From Bacilli bacterium (GTDB lineage Bacteria > Bacillota_I > Bacilli_A > RF39 > UBA660): a stretch of 32,000 bases of DNA. Location: assembly GCA_037071015.1 (NCBI GenBank), contig JBAMOY010000001.1:831478-863477 (forward strand), given 5' to 3'. This document shows positions 16,926 through 28,348 of this stretch, in pieces. Position 1 is the stretch's first letter; the number at the start of each line of letters is the position of its first letter. A program made the translations under genes and the position numbers. The notes under the pieces are model-generated. The model saw only the letters and a list, made by a program, of their open reading frames with translations, made no database searches and was not told where the DNA came from.

Positions 16926-18158
16926 CTAGTAAGTAATAACCTTCAAATTTTTAGTATTGTTTAAATTACCCTTGACATCTTTAGGTATAACAATAGTAGA
17001 ACTATCACCATCAGAAATATATCTTTTACTATTAAGTAACTTCAAATTCATTTCAATATCAAAATCCTGGCCATTGTTATCATAAGCGCGAATTCTTTTA
17101 ATCAATAAAGGATCAAAATTAATATCAAAAGGAGAATAATCAGCTTCCCAACCAACACGTAATGTCGCCTTAGTTTCATAATTGTAATTATCAATACTAC
17201 CCTTAATAATATAATTAAAATTATTATGACTTTTTTTATAGGGAGAACCAAATGGCAAAGCTACGATATTCACATAACGATTAGGAATTTTACTATCCAA
17301 GAGCTGATATAGTTTGCCTATTTCAACTTGTGTTTTGCTACTATCAATTTTCGTAAAATCCGGATGCGTCATGCTGTGATTACCAATGTCGTAATCATTA
17401 TCTATTAACCAAGTTAAAATCTTATCATTATATTCCGGTTGATTGAAAAGACTACTATTAACAAAGAAAGTAGCAGTTATATGATAATCCGGATATTTTT
17501 TTTTGAATGCCTCTAAAATACCGACAGCACTATTAGGATCAATAATAATATCACCATTCTCATCAAGCCCCGTAACCTTTATATTGTTTTCTAATCCGTC
17601 ATCAAAAGTTAAAATAATAGGACTTTTTCCGAATTCAACATTGATATTACCATCGACATAATCATTCAAACTAATCATTCGGTAGCCTTGATTATAATAC
17701 GTTTCTAAATCGTTACGAAAAGCTTCACTAGTTCGCTGATAACCATCCTTATCTACATTCCCACCTGTATAATCAGTTTCACTGTTAAGTTTATTATGAA
17801 TGCCATGATACATCATGACAGGAACATTACCTAATTCATTAATCTTACTTTGAGCATATTCTTCAGTCTTTATTTTTCCTTTGGAAACAACAACATTAAG
17901 TGTTTTTATCTCCTTTAAAGGCGAACCTTTTTTTATTGATTGCTCCATAACTACATTCTCTGCCACGGTTTGACTATACTTGCGATCTATCTTTAATGTT
18001 AAATTATATTCATTAACAAAACTTTCAACCTTACTAATATCTTGACCAACAAAATCAGGCATAACCGTCTCTTGCTTCGTTTTTAAAAATAAAAGTAAAA
18101 AAAGAGTAATAAATAAAATCACCATAACAAAAACAAATAAAAGCCTTTTCCTACGCAT
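16926..18158 (-). CDS. Membrane-anchored PASTA-domain polysaccharide deacetylase (NodB/CE4 family)
   Basis: N-terminal TM helix, a PASTA-like module (MPDFVGQDISKVESFV...VVVSKG), and CE4 motifs ILTFDDG and GNHSMTHPDF. Confidence 0.8.
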   Translation of the reverse strand: MRRKRLLFVFVMVILFITLFLLLFLKTKQETVMPDFVGQDISKVESFVNEYNLTLKIDRKYSQTVAENVVMEQSIKKGSPLKEIKTLNVVVSKGKIKTEEYAQSKINELGNVPVMMYHGIHNKLNSETDYTGGNVDKDGYQRTSEAFRNDLETYYNQGYRMISLNDYVDGNINVEFGKSPIILTFDDGLENNIKVTGLDENGDIIIDPNSAVGILEAFKKKYPDYHITATFFVNSSLFNQPEYNDKILTWLIDNDYDIGNHSMTHPDFTKIDSSKTQVEIGKLYQLLDSKIPNRYVNIVALPFGSPYKKSHNNFNYIIKGSIDNYNYETKATLRVGWEADYSPFDINFDPLLIKRIRAYDNNGQDFDIEMNLKLLNSKRYISDGDSSTIVIPKDVKGNLNNTKNLKVITY

Positions 18159-18252
18159 AAAACCACCACAATTACTATACCCATTTTAACAAAATTCATA
18201 ATAAAAGTCTAACGCTTTTATTAAAAATGAATACAATAAAATAGGTGATATT

Positions 18253-18432
18253 ATGAATAATCGTTGGTGGTGTGGACGCGGTAAATGGTTTATTTGTCTG
18301 TTTATTTTTAGTCTCTTATTATTTTATCAAATTATTATATGTTTTTTTATTTTAACTCGGTTTAATCTTTTTCTTATTTTTGTTTTCCTTTTACTATTAT
18401 TTTTTAGTATCTTTCGTATAATATGGTGAAAT
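18253..18432 (+). CDS. Possible small hydrophobic protein (59 aa), the only plus-strand candidate
   Basis: An AGGTGAT RBS lies 5 nt before ATG 18253. The product is MNNRWWCGRGKWFICLFIFSLLLFYQ..., and the ORF overlaps the 3' end of the convergent ysxE-like gene by 36 nt. It could be a chance ORF in AT-rich DNA. Confidence 0.25.
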
Positions 18433-19296
18433 TAACTGTTCAGTCTTATATACACTGTCGATTAGATGACTAATTGTTTTAGTCATCGCATAATTATTTT
18501 GATCAAATTCAATCTTATCTGGTAACGCTATTAAAATAAAAAATAATTTTCGCTCTTCCGGTAATAAAGGATAATTTTTCTCATATCTACGCAATACCTC
18601 TTCAAAATCATAAGTCAAACCGTGTCGTTTATATAACTTATATAAGTCAAAGATTGGCATATCAATTTTCGCTTTATCCCAGTTTATTAAATATGCTTCC
18701 TTATTTCTAATAAAGTGACTCATATCTAAATTATTATGCAAAACAACTAAACGTTGTTTTGTTTTTTTTTCAACTATTTCATACCATTTTTCTAATTCAT
18801 CTTTACTGTAATTCAGAGCAGAAAAAATACGTGATATATTTCTAGCTAGTAAGTACTCTGCTGGGCTCATATAAACCCGACTTTCAATAACTGTTATAAT
18901 ATCATTATAATAGCTATATAAATATTCAATATTATTAGCAATATCTTCATATAATTTCTTATAATCAGCTATATCAACTTCTTTATAATGCGTCGTTTTA
19001 CTATGAAGCAAACTAACCAAATCAATCATATCCATTAGCTTCTGTTCCTCGGGCATCATCGAAGATTCTATATATTCTATTACTTCATAATCGTCTCCAT
19101 CGTCACTTAATATTTTAGGATAATAATTAAAGTTACGAGAATTTAAATATTCATAAATAGGTAAATTGCGATCACGATTTTTTTCTTTAATAACATATTT
19201 ACCATTATCCGTATCGATAATTGTTACCTTACCGCGCACCTCATAACGATGGGGTTTTAACGAATACTTATTTAGTATTCCATTGAATTTACGCAT
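18397..19296 (-). CDS. ysxE: CotS/YsxE-family spore coat kinase-like protein
   Basis: APH/CotS-like segment VVLHNNLDMSHFIRNKEAYLINWDKAKIDMPIFDL. It lies directly downstream of, and overlaps, a spoVID-like gene, as in the Bacillus spoVID-ysxE arrangement. Confidence 0.65.
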   Translation of the reverse strand: MRKFNGILNKYSLKPHRYEVRGKVTIIDTDNGKYVIKEKNRDRNLPIYEYLNSRNFNYYPKILSDDGDDYEVIEYIESSMMPEEQKLMDMIDLVSLLHSKTTHYKEVDIADYKKLYEDIANNIEYLYSYYNDIITVIESRVYMSPAEYLLARNISRIFSALNYSKDELEKWYEIVEKKTKQRLVVLHNNLDMSHFIRNKEAYLINWDKAKIDMPIFDLYKLYKRHGLTYDFEEVLRRYEKNYPLLPEERKLFFILIALPDKIEFDQNNYAMTKTISHLIDSVYKTEQLISPYYTKDTKK

Positions 19297-20026
19297 TTAA
19301 ACTTGGAATAATAATTTTATCTCCGATTTTTAACTCTTTAAGATCATTGTAGAATTCTAAATCTTCTTTACTAACATTATATTTTTGTAAGACAGTTTCA
19401 ATCGTATCACTTTCTCTTAAAATATAGACATGATAAGTGGCATATGTTTCATTACTTTCATCAAAACTATCAAAAAGAGATTTTATTTCGCCAGCCACTT
19501 CTTTCTTTTCCATAAAAACTGCTTCATCCATTTTAGTATCTAAAACTTCTGGTCTTTCATCACTACGAATAACGGTTGGTTGTTCTTCAACAGCATCTAA
19601 TTCTTCACTTCTCATCAATACAGGCTCCTCATCAGTCATCATTGAACTTTCATCAAATAATTCTTCCATCTTATCCTCTTCTTTCTCTTGTATTAAAGGT
19701 TTATCTTCTAACCTATCAATCAATACCTCTATGTTAACTGATAAAATATTATTATCTTTAATTTCATAATAGAAATCATCAATATCTATTTCGACATGGT
19801 CTAATAAATAATGATCATCCATATTAATATCAAAAGGCAAATTGTAACTAAAGTCCTCTGTATTTGTACTACTATCCGTCATTCGATAATCGCCACTGAC
19901 GATAAATTCACCCGTAATTAAATTATTATCCGCAATATGTAGTGAATGTTCTAAAGAAATACTAGTTATCTCACTTAAGTGATTTTTAAAAATAATATCT
20001 TTTTTAAAGGGTATAATCTTTTTCAT
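19289..20026 (-). CDS. spoVID: Stage VI sporulation protein D-like (SpoVID N-terminal domain, acidic linker, C-terminal LysM)
   Basis: N-terminal IPFKKDIIFKNHLSEITSISLEH...GEFIVSGDY, an acidic middle region, and a C-terminal LysM (YHVYILRESDTIETVLQKYNVSKEDLEFYNDL...GDKIIIP). Confidence 0.7.
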   Translation of the reverse strand: MKKIIPFKKDIIFKNHLSEITSISLEHSLHIADNNLITGEFIVSGDYRMTDSSTNTEDFSYNLPFDINMDDHYLLDHVEIDIDDFYYEIKDNNILSVNIEVLIDRLEDKPLIQEKEEDKMEELFDESSMMTDEEPVLMRSEELDAVEEQPTVIRSDERPEVLDTKMDEAVFMEKKEVAGEIKSLFDSFDESNETYATYHVYILRESDTIETVLQKYNVSKEDLEFYNDLKELKIGDKIIIPSLNA

Positions 20027-20086
20027 CTAAACTCCTCCTTATCAGTAAATTATATTAAAAAAGAGATAAATTATGATAATTCTAAT

Positions 20087-20815
20087 TTATCTCTTTTTAT
20101 TTTTTCTTAATTTTCTGTATACCTTTAAATTATTCTTATAAAATTGGTGATTATAAAAATAATTCAATATATAACTTAAATTAGTTTGAATAATATCAAC
20201 AGTCCGTTCGTAAATCACTTGGTCTAAAAACATATTGGGATTTTCATCGATCATTCTTCTTAAGCTAGATACAACATATTCGTTGTTTATTTCATTATTA
20301 AAACATTCATTATAATCTTGTTCACTCATATTTAAAAATAATAATACTATAAAATCGGTAGTCAGTTCCTCTCTGATTTCCTCCGGAATCAACTCTATTT
20401 GCCCACGTTTTATCAGATTTATCAACCGATATGATAATTCGTTACGCTTTAACACCTCATTAAAATAAAAATCATATGCGTTGGTATCATTACTAGTATT
20501 TAATTTAATAATCATAAGATTGATTCTTTCAACAATATTATTATAATCACTTCTAGTTTTATACACATCTTGATATCTTAAAAAGAGTAATATATCTTTA
20601 ATATTGTTTTTGACAAAATCATCTAAAAATTCAAATTCAGTATTTTGCTCAATTAACCGTTCTAAATAAACCAATAAAGAATCATTATTATATATATAGC
20701 TATTTTCATCGATATTATTTAAACAACTTTTAATATCATTAGAAAAAATATAATATATAAATAATTTATCTAAAAAATATTTACTATCATCAATTAAATT
20801 ATCTTTATTTATCAT
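20087..20815 (-). CDS. Hypothetical protein
   Basis: ORF with ATG 20815 (MINKDN) behind a GGGGGT RBS, overlapping the last codons of lon. No recognisable motif. Confidence 0.55.
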   Translation of the reverse strand: MINKDNLIDDSKYFLDKLFIYYIFSNDIKSCLNNIDENSYIYNNDSLLVYLERLIEQNTEFEFLDDFVKNNIKDILLFLRYQDVYKTRSDYNNIVERINLMIIKLNTSNDTNAYDFYFNEVLKRNELSYRLINLIKRGQIELIPEEIREELTTDFIVLLFLNMSEQDYNECFNNEINNEYVVSSLRRMIDENPNMFLDQVIYERTVDIIQTNLSYILNYFYNHQFYKNNLKVYRKLRKNKKR

Positions 20816-23141
20816 ATTTACTACCCCCAATTAAATATTTAAATACTTCATTATAATTATTAACCATAATATAATCAATATTTTTCCTTATCTCTTTAGG
20901 AATATCTTCTAAATCACGATAATTACTACGAGGCATAATAATTTTTTTAATGCCATTTCTATGGGCACCAACACTCTTCTCCTTTAAACCACCAATAGCT
21001 AAAACATTTCCTCGAAGAGTAATTTCACCAGTAAAGGCTATTTTAGCATTTACTTTAACATTCTTAAACGCACTAATAAGGGCTGTTGTTAGAGCAATAC
21101 CGGCACTTGGACCATCTTTTGGAACAGCACCATCTGGAACATGAATATGGACATCATTCTTCATTAATAAACTATAATCAATTCCAAAGATTTTATAATT
21201 AGCTTTAACATAACTATAGGCAATTGTCGCACTTTCCTTCATGACATCACCCAAATTTCCTGTTAAAATTAGCTTGCCTTCACCAGGATAATAATTAACT
21301 TCAATCTTTAAAAGATCACCACCATAATTAGTATAAGCCAAACCATTAACTACCCCAATTGTATTAGATAAATTACGTTCTTGATAATATTTTGGTTTAC
21401 CTAAATATAATTCTAATTCTTCACTAGTAATTTTCGTCTTCTTTAAATCGACATTATGCTCTAAATGTGTCGTTATAATCTTGCGCACAATATTAGCTAA
21501 CTGACGTTCTAATTCACGTACACCAGCTTCGCGTGTATAATTACGAATAATGTTCAAAACAGCTTTATCTTCAAAATTTAATAATTGTGATTCAATGCCA
21601 TGATTATGACATATTTTAGGAATTAAATGTTTCATCGCTATATCCAATTTTTCATACTCTGTATAACCTGTTAATTCAATTATTTCTAAACGATCTCTAA
21701 GTGGTAAAGGAATATCTTCCAAAGAATTAGCTGTAGCAATAAACATTACTTTCGAAAGGTCAAATTCTTCTTCAATATAGTTATCACTAAAATGACTGTT
21801 TTGCTCTGGATCTAAAATAGAAAGCAAAGCACTAGCTGGGTCACCCTTAATATCTTTAGTCATTTTATCAATTTCATCAATCAAAAACAAAGGATTACTA
21901 CTACCAGCTTTTTTCATAGCCTGTATAATTCGCCCCGGCATAGCACCCATATAAGTTCGACGGTGACCCATAATTTCAGCTTCATCATTAACACCACCAA
22001 CTGACATTTTCACAAATTTTCTGTCAATCGCTTTAGCAATACTAATAGCCAAGCTTGTTTTTCCAACTCCAGGTGGGCCCACTAAACATAAAATTGGGCT
22101 CTTTAAACTATCAGTCATTTTTTTAACCGCCAAATATTCAATAATTCGCGTCTTAATTTTATCTAATCCATGATGACTGGCATTTAATTTCTTACGAACG
22201 TCAGCCAAGTTATCGTTATCAACAGTATAATTATCCCAAGGAAGAGAAAGCATCCAATCAATATAACTTCTAATAATGCCTACTTCTGGGGACATCACTG
22301 GTGTTAATTCAAACTTTTTTATCTCATTTTGAATCTTATCTTTAATCTTGTCAGAGGCCTTTAATAATCCTAATTGTCGATATAGTTTTTCACTCTCATC
22401 ATCTTTAGAATTAATATCACCCAGTTCCTCTTTCATAACTTTAATTCGTTCACGTAGAATAAAATCTTTTTGACTTTTATCCAGTGATTTTTTAACCTTA
22501 CCATCAATTTGCCGCTCAATCGCTAACATCGCTTTACTTTGATATATATCCTCTAGAATCATTTTAGCTCTTACTTTTGCATCTAACTCATTTAAATAAG
22601 CTTGCATACGACTAATTGGAATATCTAAAACGGGCGCGATTATATCCGTAATTTTGCCAACACTTTTAACATTTTTAGTCATTGACAAAATACTATTACT
22701 AACATATGGAACCTCTTTAACAAAAGCATCCAATTCTCTTTTAATTTTATTAGTAATTACTTCTTCTTCTTTTTTAGTAATATTACTTTCAATATTTTCC
22801 GAAACTATAGATTCTAAGACTTCACTAGTACGGTTCAAATCCATATATTCGTGAACATAGGCTCTTTTAATACCATTAATAACCACACGCAAGCGGCCAT
22901 TTGGAAGCTCCATCTTATGATTAATTTTAGCGATTACTCCTACCCTAGGTAAATCCTGAATATCAGGATCTTCTTCTAAAGGATCAATTTGACTAATAAC
23001 TAAGATATTATTATCGTGAAATAATTCAGAAACGTCAATAATATTTTTACTAACATCATCATCAAATTCAATACGAATATCATTGTTAGGAAGCAAAACT
23101 AGACCTTTTAAGATAATCACCGGTAGATTAGTTTTAATCAT
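20805..23141 (-). CDS. lon: ATP-dependent Lon protease (LonA)
   Basis: LON N-domain, Walker A GPPGVGKTS, Walker B LFLIDEIDK, and the catalytic PKDGPSAG Ser motif. Confidence 0.95.
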   Translation of the reverse strand: MIKTNLPVIILKGLVLLPNNDIRIEFDDDVSKNIIDVSELFHDNNILVISQIDPLEEDPDIQDLPRVGVIAKINHKMELPNGRLRVVINGIKRAYVHEYMDLNRTSEVLESIVSENIESNITKKEEEVITNKIKRELDAFVKEVPYVSNSILSMTKNVKSVGKITDIIAPVLDIPISRMQAYLNELDAKVRAKMILEDIYQSKAMLAIERQIDGKVKKSLDKSQKDFILRERIKVMKEELGDINSKDDESEKLYRQLGLLKASDKIKDKIQNEIKKFELTPVMSPEVGIIRSYIDWMLSLPWDNYTVDNDNLADVRKKLNASHHGLDKIKTRIIEYLAVKKMTDSLKSPILCLVGPPGVGKTSLAISIAKAIDRKFVKMSVGGVNDEAEIMGHRRTYMGAMPGRIIQAMKKAGSSNPLFLIDEIDKMTKDIKGDPASALLSILDPEQNSHFSDNYIEEEFDLSKVMFIATANSLEDIPLPLRDRLEIIELTGYTEYEKLDIAMKHLIPKICHNHGIESQLLNFEDKAVLNIIRNYTREAGVRELERQLANIVRKIITTHLEHNVDLKKTKITSEELELYLGKPKYYQERNLSNTIGVVNGLAYTNYGGDLLKIEVNYYPGEGKLILTGNLGDVMKESATIAYSYVKANYKIFGIDYSLLMKNDVHIHVPDGAVPKDGPSAGIALTTALISAFKNVKVNAKIAFTGEITLRGNVLAIGGLKEKSVGAHRNGIKKIIMPRSNYRDLEDIPKEIRKNIDYIMVNNYNEVFKYLIGGSKYDK

Positions 23142-23179
23142 AAGTTCACCTCCTACGAAAATTGTTTTTTATTATAATA

Positions 23180-23208
23180 CAAAAAAAAAGAAAAGTCTAC
23201 GCTTTTCT
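23180..23208 (-). terminator. Weak terminator upstream of the lon promoter
   Basis: Minus strand AGAAAAG-CGUAGA-CUUUUCU followed by U8, then TGTATTATAAT (an extended -10) ahead of lon. Confidence 0.4.
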
Positions 23209-23218
23209 AATTTTTTTC

Positions 23219-23743
23219 TTAACCATTATTCTCTAAACGACGCATATTATCGTGATAACGATCAAGTTCCTTTTGCAAATTAATAATTAAATTATTTATC
23301 TCTTTTAATTCTAAAAATTTATCTTCACCAACTTTATAAGAAGCGGGTGGAATTTCAAATTTAGTTTTGCTAATAATAGGTGATTTAAGCGATGGTAATT
23401 CAAAATCATTAACGCTAGAAGTAATAACTTCACGACGAGCCTCGGCTATATCTGGCATATCATAGTAAAAGCTTGTAATAAGACCAGCTTCAATAGCTTC
23501 TTTAAAAGCGGTTCCATGATCATGAGCCATAAAATACCTACTTAAAACTTCTTTCTCTTGCTCACTTCGTTTACTAGCATCAATAATATAATTATCACCA
23601 TCAATCAAAATCCGTAAAATTATTGATTTATCGCTACCAACATATTGACCAATTAAATATTTAGCACTCAACTCTTTTATTTCCACAGCGTTAACATATT
23701 CAAATTGATTATCCCCAATTTGGAGTCTTTTACGTTTATCCAT
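23219..23743 (-). CDS. Hypothetical protein
   Basis: I prefer ATG 23743 (MDKRKRLQ) behind a GAAGGTGAG RBS over the track start at 23794. No recognisable motif. Confidence 0.55.
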   Translation of the reverse strand: MDKRKRLQIGDNQFEYVNAVEIKELSAKYLIGQYVGSDKSIILRILIDGDNYIIDASKRSEQEKEVLSRYFMAHDHGTAFKEAIEAGLITSFYYDMPDIAEARREVITSSVNDFELPSLKSPIISKTKFEIPPASYKVGEDKFLELKEINNLIINLQKELDRYHDNMRRLENNG

Positions 23744-23814
23744 GTACTCACCTTCTATCTTAATAATGATATCAAAAATACCTTGGAATGTCAATCAAAC
23801 AATCAGGATAATAT

Positions 23815-25998
23815 CTACCTTTTGAAGGTAATATCTAAGTTATCTCGCAAATAGTTTATACCTATTGAAAAATAATTTTTTTCATTTTCTAAAATTCTTT
23901 GACGATAATTGTAAATTGTCATAATATCATTATTATTACGAAGTAAATAACAATTATTATAAACATCCTGAAGATAACCTGTCGCTCCTAAATTATATTT
24001 ACTAAGTAAATTTAATTTTGTCACCATCGCCTCTTCATAAGCCTTACTAATTACTTCTAAATTAGGATGTCTCTGATACCTATTTTGATAATTATCAACC
24101 AGCTCTTTAATCTGATCATAACTAAGTTCATATGACAAAGTTATTTTATTGACACCAAAAGAATGCAAAAAAGCAACAGTGTATGAATTAGTAACATTCA
24201 GTGAAAAATCAGTATCAATATCATGGTATTTATATAAAGAGCCTAATTCACCAACTAATAGATGATACGGATAATTATCATAATTAGTCATAACGCGTGG
24301 TAACTTTAAGGTAACCTTCTGATTTTTTACTTGACTATATAATTCTATATTATCAACGATAATTTCATCATACTTATCAATATCCAAATTTTTATAAGTC
24401 TCAAAATCCGAAACCAATACATTATATTTTTGAACAACAGGAAAATCGAGAACTTTACAATAATATTTCTGTTTTATGTAGCCTCGTTGATAAATCCTGA
24501 ATTCATTTAACTTAGTAACCATCCGCCTTCTTAAATTATTAATATCCTTTAAATTAACAAAGATATTGTCATCCATCACAACTTTTATATGATTTATTTC
24601 ATAGACACTATCCCCCAGTTTACTAAGCTGTCTGATAACTGACTTTTCATCAATAGGATGCGTCATAGCTTTAGAAACTTGAATATCATCACTAATTTCT
24701 AGACAATTTAACCCATCATCTACCTTTAACACCACCGGTTTATTTAATCTTAGATTAACCTCAACATCCACTTGGACCTTGCGCTTAATCAAAGCTATTT
24801 CTTTATTGATATTTTGAAGTTGTAAATAATCTGTCGTAAGACGAACCATATCACCAACTTGACATTTACCCTTCACCTTCAATTCAATAATGTCACCATT
24901 ATGAGCCTCTTTAATAACTTTTTTATTTTTATACATAAAACTGATAGTTAAACCGATATCATCATTCTTATTAATAATTCGAATACCATCACCATTACGA
25001 ACATCATGAATTAACTTTATTTTAACCATATTATTAGTTACTTGAATAACCTTTCCTAGCTCTATACCAAGATGATTTGGTCTAAAATCATTATTAATAT
25101 GTTTGTAATTACTTTCAAAAATATATCCTTCAGTAAATTCACGATTAAATAGTTTCATCATCGCCCAAATATCCTGCTTCGTAATATTGGAAAAGCCTAA
25201 AGTTATATATGAGTCAATGGCTTGACGATAAAGTTTTGTTATTAAATAAACATACTCAGGACGTTTCATTCGCCCCTCTATCTTAAAACTATCAACGCCA
25301 GAGCTTATCAACCTATCAATGTTTTTAAGCGTCATCAAGTCCTTCATACTAAGCAGATAGCCTGTCTTTATCACTTGTTTCTTATCATCTAATAAAGTAA
25401 ATTTCTTTCGGCAAATTTGAGCACAAGTTCCTCTATTCCCACTTCGACCACCAATTAAACTACTAATTAAACATTGTCCAGAATAGCCGACACAAAGAGC
25501 ACCATGAACAAACACCTCTAACTCAATATCAAGATTTTCCTTTATTTTCTTTATAGTATCTATCGAAGTTTCTCTAGCCATAACTACTCTTTTCAACCCT
25601 AGTGAATTAGCAAACTTGACCCCTTCTAAACTATGAATATGCATTTGTGTCGAAGCATGAATATCCAAATCAGGATATGTCTTCCTAATTAAATCAATCA
25701 TCCCTAAATCTTGCATAATAACGGCATCAATATTATTACGATATAAAAAGTCAATATAATCTAAAAACATTTCAACTTCACTATCATATATAAGCGTATT
25801 AACCGTAATATAAACCTTTATACCATATAAATGGCATAACTTAACAGCTTCGACAATTTCCTCATTCGAAAAATTACCAGCATAATTTCTAGCCCCAAAA
25901 GTATAACCACCAAGATAAACAGCATCACAACCAGCTGCAATCGCCGCTTTTAAACATTCCATATTTCCAACCGGAGATAATAATTCAGGTTTTTTCAT
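23815..25998 (-). CDS. Peptidase U32 family protein (long form with C-terminal extension)
   Basis: N-terminus KPELLSPVGNMECLKAAIAAGCDAVYLGG...GARNYAGNFS and the E..VHGALC region are typical of the U32 family. Confidence 0.85.
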   Translation of the reverse strand: MKKPELLSPVGNMECLKAAIAAGCDAVYLGGYTFGARNYAGNFSNEEIVEAVKLCHLYGIKVYITVNTLIYDSEVEMFLDYIDFLYRNNIDAVIMQDLGMIDLIRKTYPDLDIHASTQMHIHSLEGVKFANSLGLKRVVMARETSIDTIKKIKENLDIELEVFVHGALCVGYSGQCLISSLIGGRSGNRGTCAQICRKKFTLLDDKKQVIKTGYLLSMKDLMTLKNIDRLISSGVDSFKIEGRMKRPEYVYLITKLYRQAIDSYITLGFSNITKQDIWAMMKLFNREFTEGYIFESNYKHINNDFRPNHLGIELGKVIQVTNNMVKIKLIHDVRNGDGIRIINKNDDIGLTISFMYKNKKVIKEAHNGDIIELKVKGKCQVGDMVRLTTDYLQLQNINKEIALIKRKVQVDVEVNLRLNKPVVLKVDDGLNCLEISDDIQVSKAMTHPIDEKSVIRQLSKLGDSVYEINHIKVVMDDNIFVNLKDINNLRRRMVTKLNEFRIYQRGYIKQKYYCKVLDFPVVQKYNVLVSDFETYKNLDIDKYDEIIVDNIELYSQVKNQKVTLKLPRVMTNYDNYPYHLLVGELGSLYKYHDIDTDFSLNVTNSYTVAFLHSFGVNKITLSYELSYDQIKELVDNYQNRYQRHPNLEVISKAYEEAMVTKLNLLSKYNLGATGYLQDVYNNCYLLRNNNDIMTIYNYRQRILENEKNYFSIGINYLRDNLDITFKR

Positions 25999-26136
25999 AC
26001 AACCACCATTAATAGTATAACAAAATTATGACAAAAAGAAAAAGTTCATCATTGAACTTTCTCCACTTTTACAAATTTATATGTATTATCTTTATCTATA
26101 TATTCAAATGTATATTTAAAAACAAAAATTAATATT

Positions 26137-26161
26137 AAAAAAGAGATTGTTCTTCAATCCC
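26137..26161 (-). terminator. Rho-independent terminator after clpB
   Basis: Minus strand GGGAUUG-AAGAA-CAAUCUC followed by UUUUUUAAUAUU, immediately after the TAA stop. Confidence 0.6.
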
Positions 26162-26162
26162 T

Positions 26163-28274
26163 TTACGCTATGAATAAATTATCATCACTAACATCGATAA
26201 CAACTTCACTATTATACTTTATTTCTTCTTTTAAAATAGCATTTGCTATCAAACTTTCTAAATTACGACTAACAAACCTTTTAATTGGACGAGCGCCATA
26301 TCTTTCATCATAAGCTGAATCAATAATATAGTCTCTAGCTTTATCAGTTAACTTAATTTTAATTTTTTTATCATCCAAACGTTTTTCAACATCCATGATA
26401 ATTTTGTCTAAAATACTATAAATAACATCTTTTGATAATGAATTAAAAATAATGATTTCATCAATACGATTGATAAACTCTGGTTTAAATGTATGACGTA
26501 ATTCATTCATAACTAACTCACTACTATTTTCTTTATTATCTAATATATATTCACTTCCTAAATTAGATGTCATAATAATAATCGTATTTTTAAAATCAAC
26601 TGTTCGACCTTGTGAATCAGTAATTCTACCATCATCTAATATTTGAAGTAAAATATTAAAAACATCACGATGCGCTTTTTCGATTTCATCAAACAAGACA
26701 ATGCTATAAGGGTTACGACGAACAGCTTCGGTAAGTTGTCCTCCTTCATCATAACCAACATATCCCGGAGGAGCACCAACTAAACGTGACACAGAGAAAC
26801 TCTCCATATATTCACTCATGTCAATTCGTATCATATGACGTTCGTCATCAAATAATTCATAAGCCAAGCTACGAGCCACTTCTGTTTTACCAACCCCAGT
26901 TGGTCCTAAAAAGATAAACGAACCAATTGGACGATTAGGATCTTTAATTCCAGCTCGAGCTCTAATAATTGCCTCACTTACTAAGTGTAAAGCATCGGCC
27001 TGACCTTTAACCCTTTTACCTAGATTATTTTCCAAATTAATTAGTTTCTCTCTTTCCCCACTAACTAACTTACTAATTGGAATATTTGTCCATTTAGAAA
27101 TAATAGCAGCAATACTCTCATCATCAACAGTATCACTCAAAATTTTCGATTCATCTTTACTTTGTAATTCTAATAATTCTTTCTCTAATTTTGGAATAAC
27201 ACCGTGACGCAATTTAGCAGCTTCATCTAAGTTATAATTGTTTTCCGCTTGTTCTAATTTAAAATTAGCTTTTTCAATTTCTTCTTTCTTTCTATTGATA
27301 TTATCGTTAACATTCTTTTCTTCTTCCCAAGCCGAACGCAATTTATTTTCCTTTTCTTTCATGTCTAATAATTTACAATCTATCTCATCGACTCTTTTTT
27401 TAGAAATCTCATCTTTTTCTTTCTTCAAAGCTTGTTTTTCCACTTCTAACTGCATGATTTGGCGCGTTAAAGTATCTAATTCAACGGGTACTGAATCCAT
27501 CTGTACCTTAATAGTAGCACACGCTTCATCAACCAAATCAATGGCTTTATCAGGTAAGAAACGATCAGTAATATATCGATCAGATAAAGTAGCAGCTGCC
27601 ACTATTGCTTTATCTTTGATTGTTACCCCGTGATAAACCTCAAAGCGCTGTTTTAAACCTCTCAAAATTGTAATAGTATCTAAAACCGTCGGTTCTTTAA
27701 CTTGAACTTTCTGAAAACGTCTTTCTAAAGCGCCATCTTTTTCAATATACTTACGATATTCATTTAGAGTTGTAGCTCCAATACAATGAATTTCGCCACG
27801 AGCAAGCATTGGTTTTAACATATTAGAAGCATCCATAGCTCCTTCAGCACCTGCTCCAACAATCATGTGAATTTCATCAATAAACATTATTATTTTTCCG
27901 TCAGATTCTTTAACTTCCTTTAATACGGCTTTTAATCTTTCCTCAAATTCACCACGATATTTTGCACCAGCTATTAAAGACCCCATATCTAATTCCCAAA
28001 TCGTTTTATCCTTTAAGCTATTCGGGACATCACCTTTGACAACACGCCAAGCCAACCCTTCTACAATAGCAGTTTTACCAACTCCTGGTTCACCAATTAA
28101 TACTGGATTATTTTTCGTTTTACGGGATAAAATACGTGTAATACTACGAATCTCTTCATCACGACCAATAACCGGGTCTATTTTTCCATCCTTAACACTC
28201 TGAACAATATCGCGTCCATATTTTTCTAGAACATTTTTTAAATCCTCTTCAAAAGGATTTTGATTCATATTCAT
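26163..28274 (-). CDS. clpB: ClpB-type AAA+ disaggregase lacking the N-terminal domain
   Basis: Two AAA modules (GEPGVGKTA and GPTGVGKTE) are separated by a long coiled-coil middle domain. The protein begins about 20 aa before the [10 protein letters not shown] motif, so the roughly 140-aa Clp N-domain is absent at gene level. Confidence 0.9.
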   Translation of the reverse strand: MNMNQNPFEEDLKNVLEKYGRDIVQSVKDGKIDPVIGRDEEIRSITRILSRKTKNNPVLIGEPGVGKTAIVEGLAWRVVKGDVPNSLKDKTIWELDMGSLIAGAKYRGEFEERLKAVLKEVKESDGKIIMFIDEIHMIVGAGAEGAMDASNMLKPMLARGEIHCIGATTLNEYRKYIEKDGALERRFQKVQVKEPTVLDTITILRGLKQRFEVYHGVTIKDKAIVAAATLSDRYITDRFLPDKAIDLVDEACATIKVQMDSVPVELDTLTRQIMQLEVEKQALKKEKDEISKKRVDEIDCKLLDMKEKENKLRSAWEEEKNVNDNINRKKEEIEKANFKLEQAENNYNLDEAAKLRHGVIPKLEKELLELQSKDESKILSDTVDDESIAAIISKWTNIPISKLVSGEREKLINLENNLGKRVKGQADALHLVSEAIIRARAGIKDPNRPIGSFIFLGPTGVGKTEVARSLAYELFDDERHMIRIDMSEYMESFSVSRLVGAPPGYVGYDEGGQLTEAVRRNPYSIVLFDEIEKAHRDVFNILLQILDDGRITDSQGRTVDFKNTIIIMTSNLGSEYILDNKENSSELVMNELRHTFKPEFINRIDEIIIFNSLSKDVIYSILDKIIMDVEKRLDDKKIKIKLTDKARDYIIDSAYDERYGARPIKRFVSRNLESLIANAILKEEIKYNSEVVIDVSDDNLFIA

Positions 28275-28348
28275 AAATATCCCTCCTTCTTATATCCTAT
28301 ACCTGTTTGGTTATTTAATACCAAACTAAACATATTATAACACAAAAA

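Noticed and set aside
18397-19296. Possible loss of the catalytic Asp in the YsxE/CotS-like kinase fold (HNNLDMSH instead of HGDxxxxN)
   Set aside because: I cannot register the motif with confidence without an alignment. CotS/YsxE-family proteins vary here, so I make no call.
23142-23218. A second CIRCE element upstream of lon
   Set aside because: The region contains only an A/T-rich hairpin terminator and an extended -10. There is no TTAGCACTC/GAGTGCTAA half-site.
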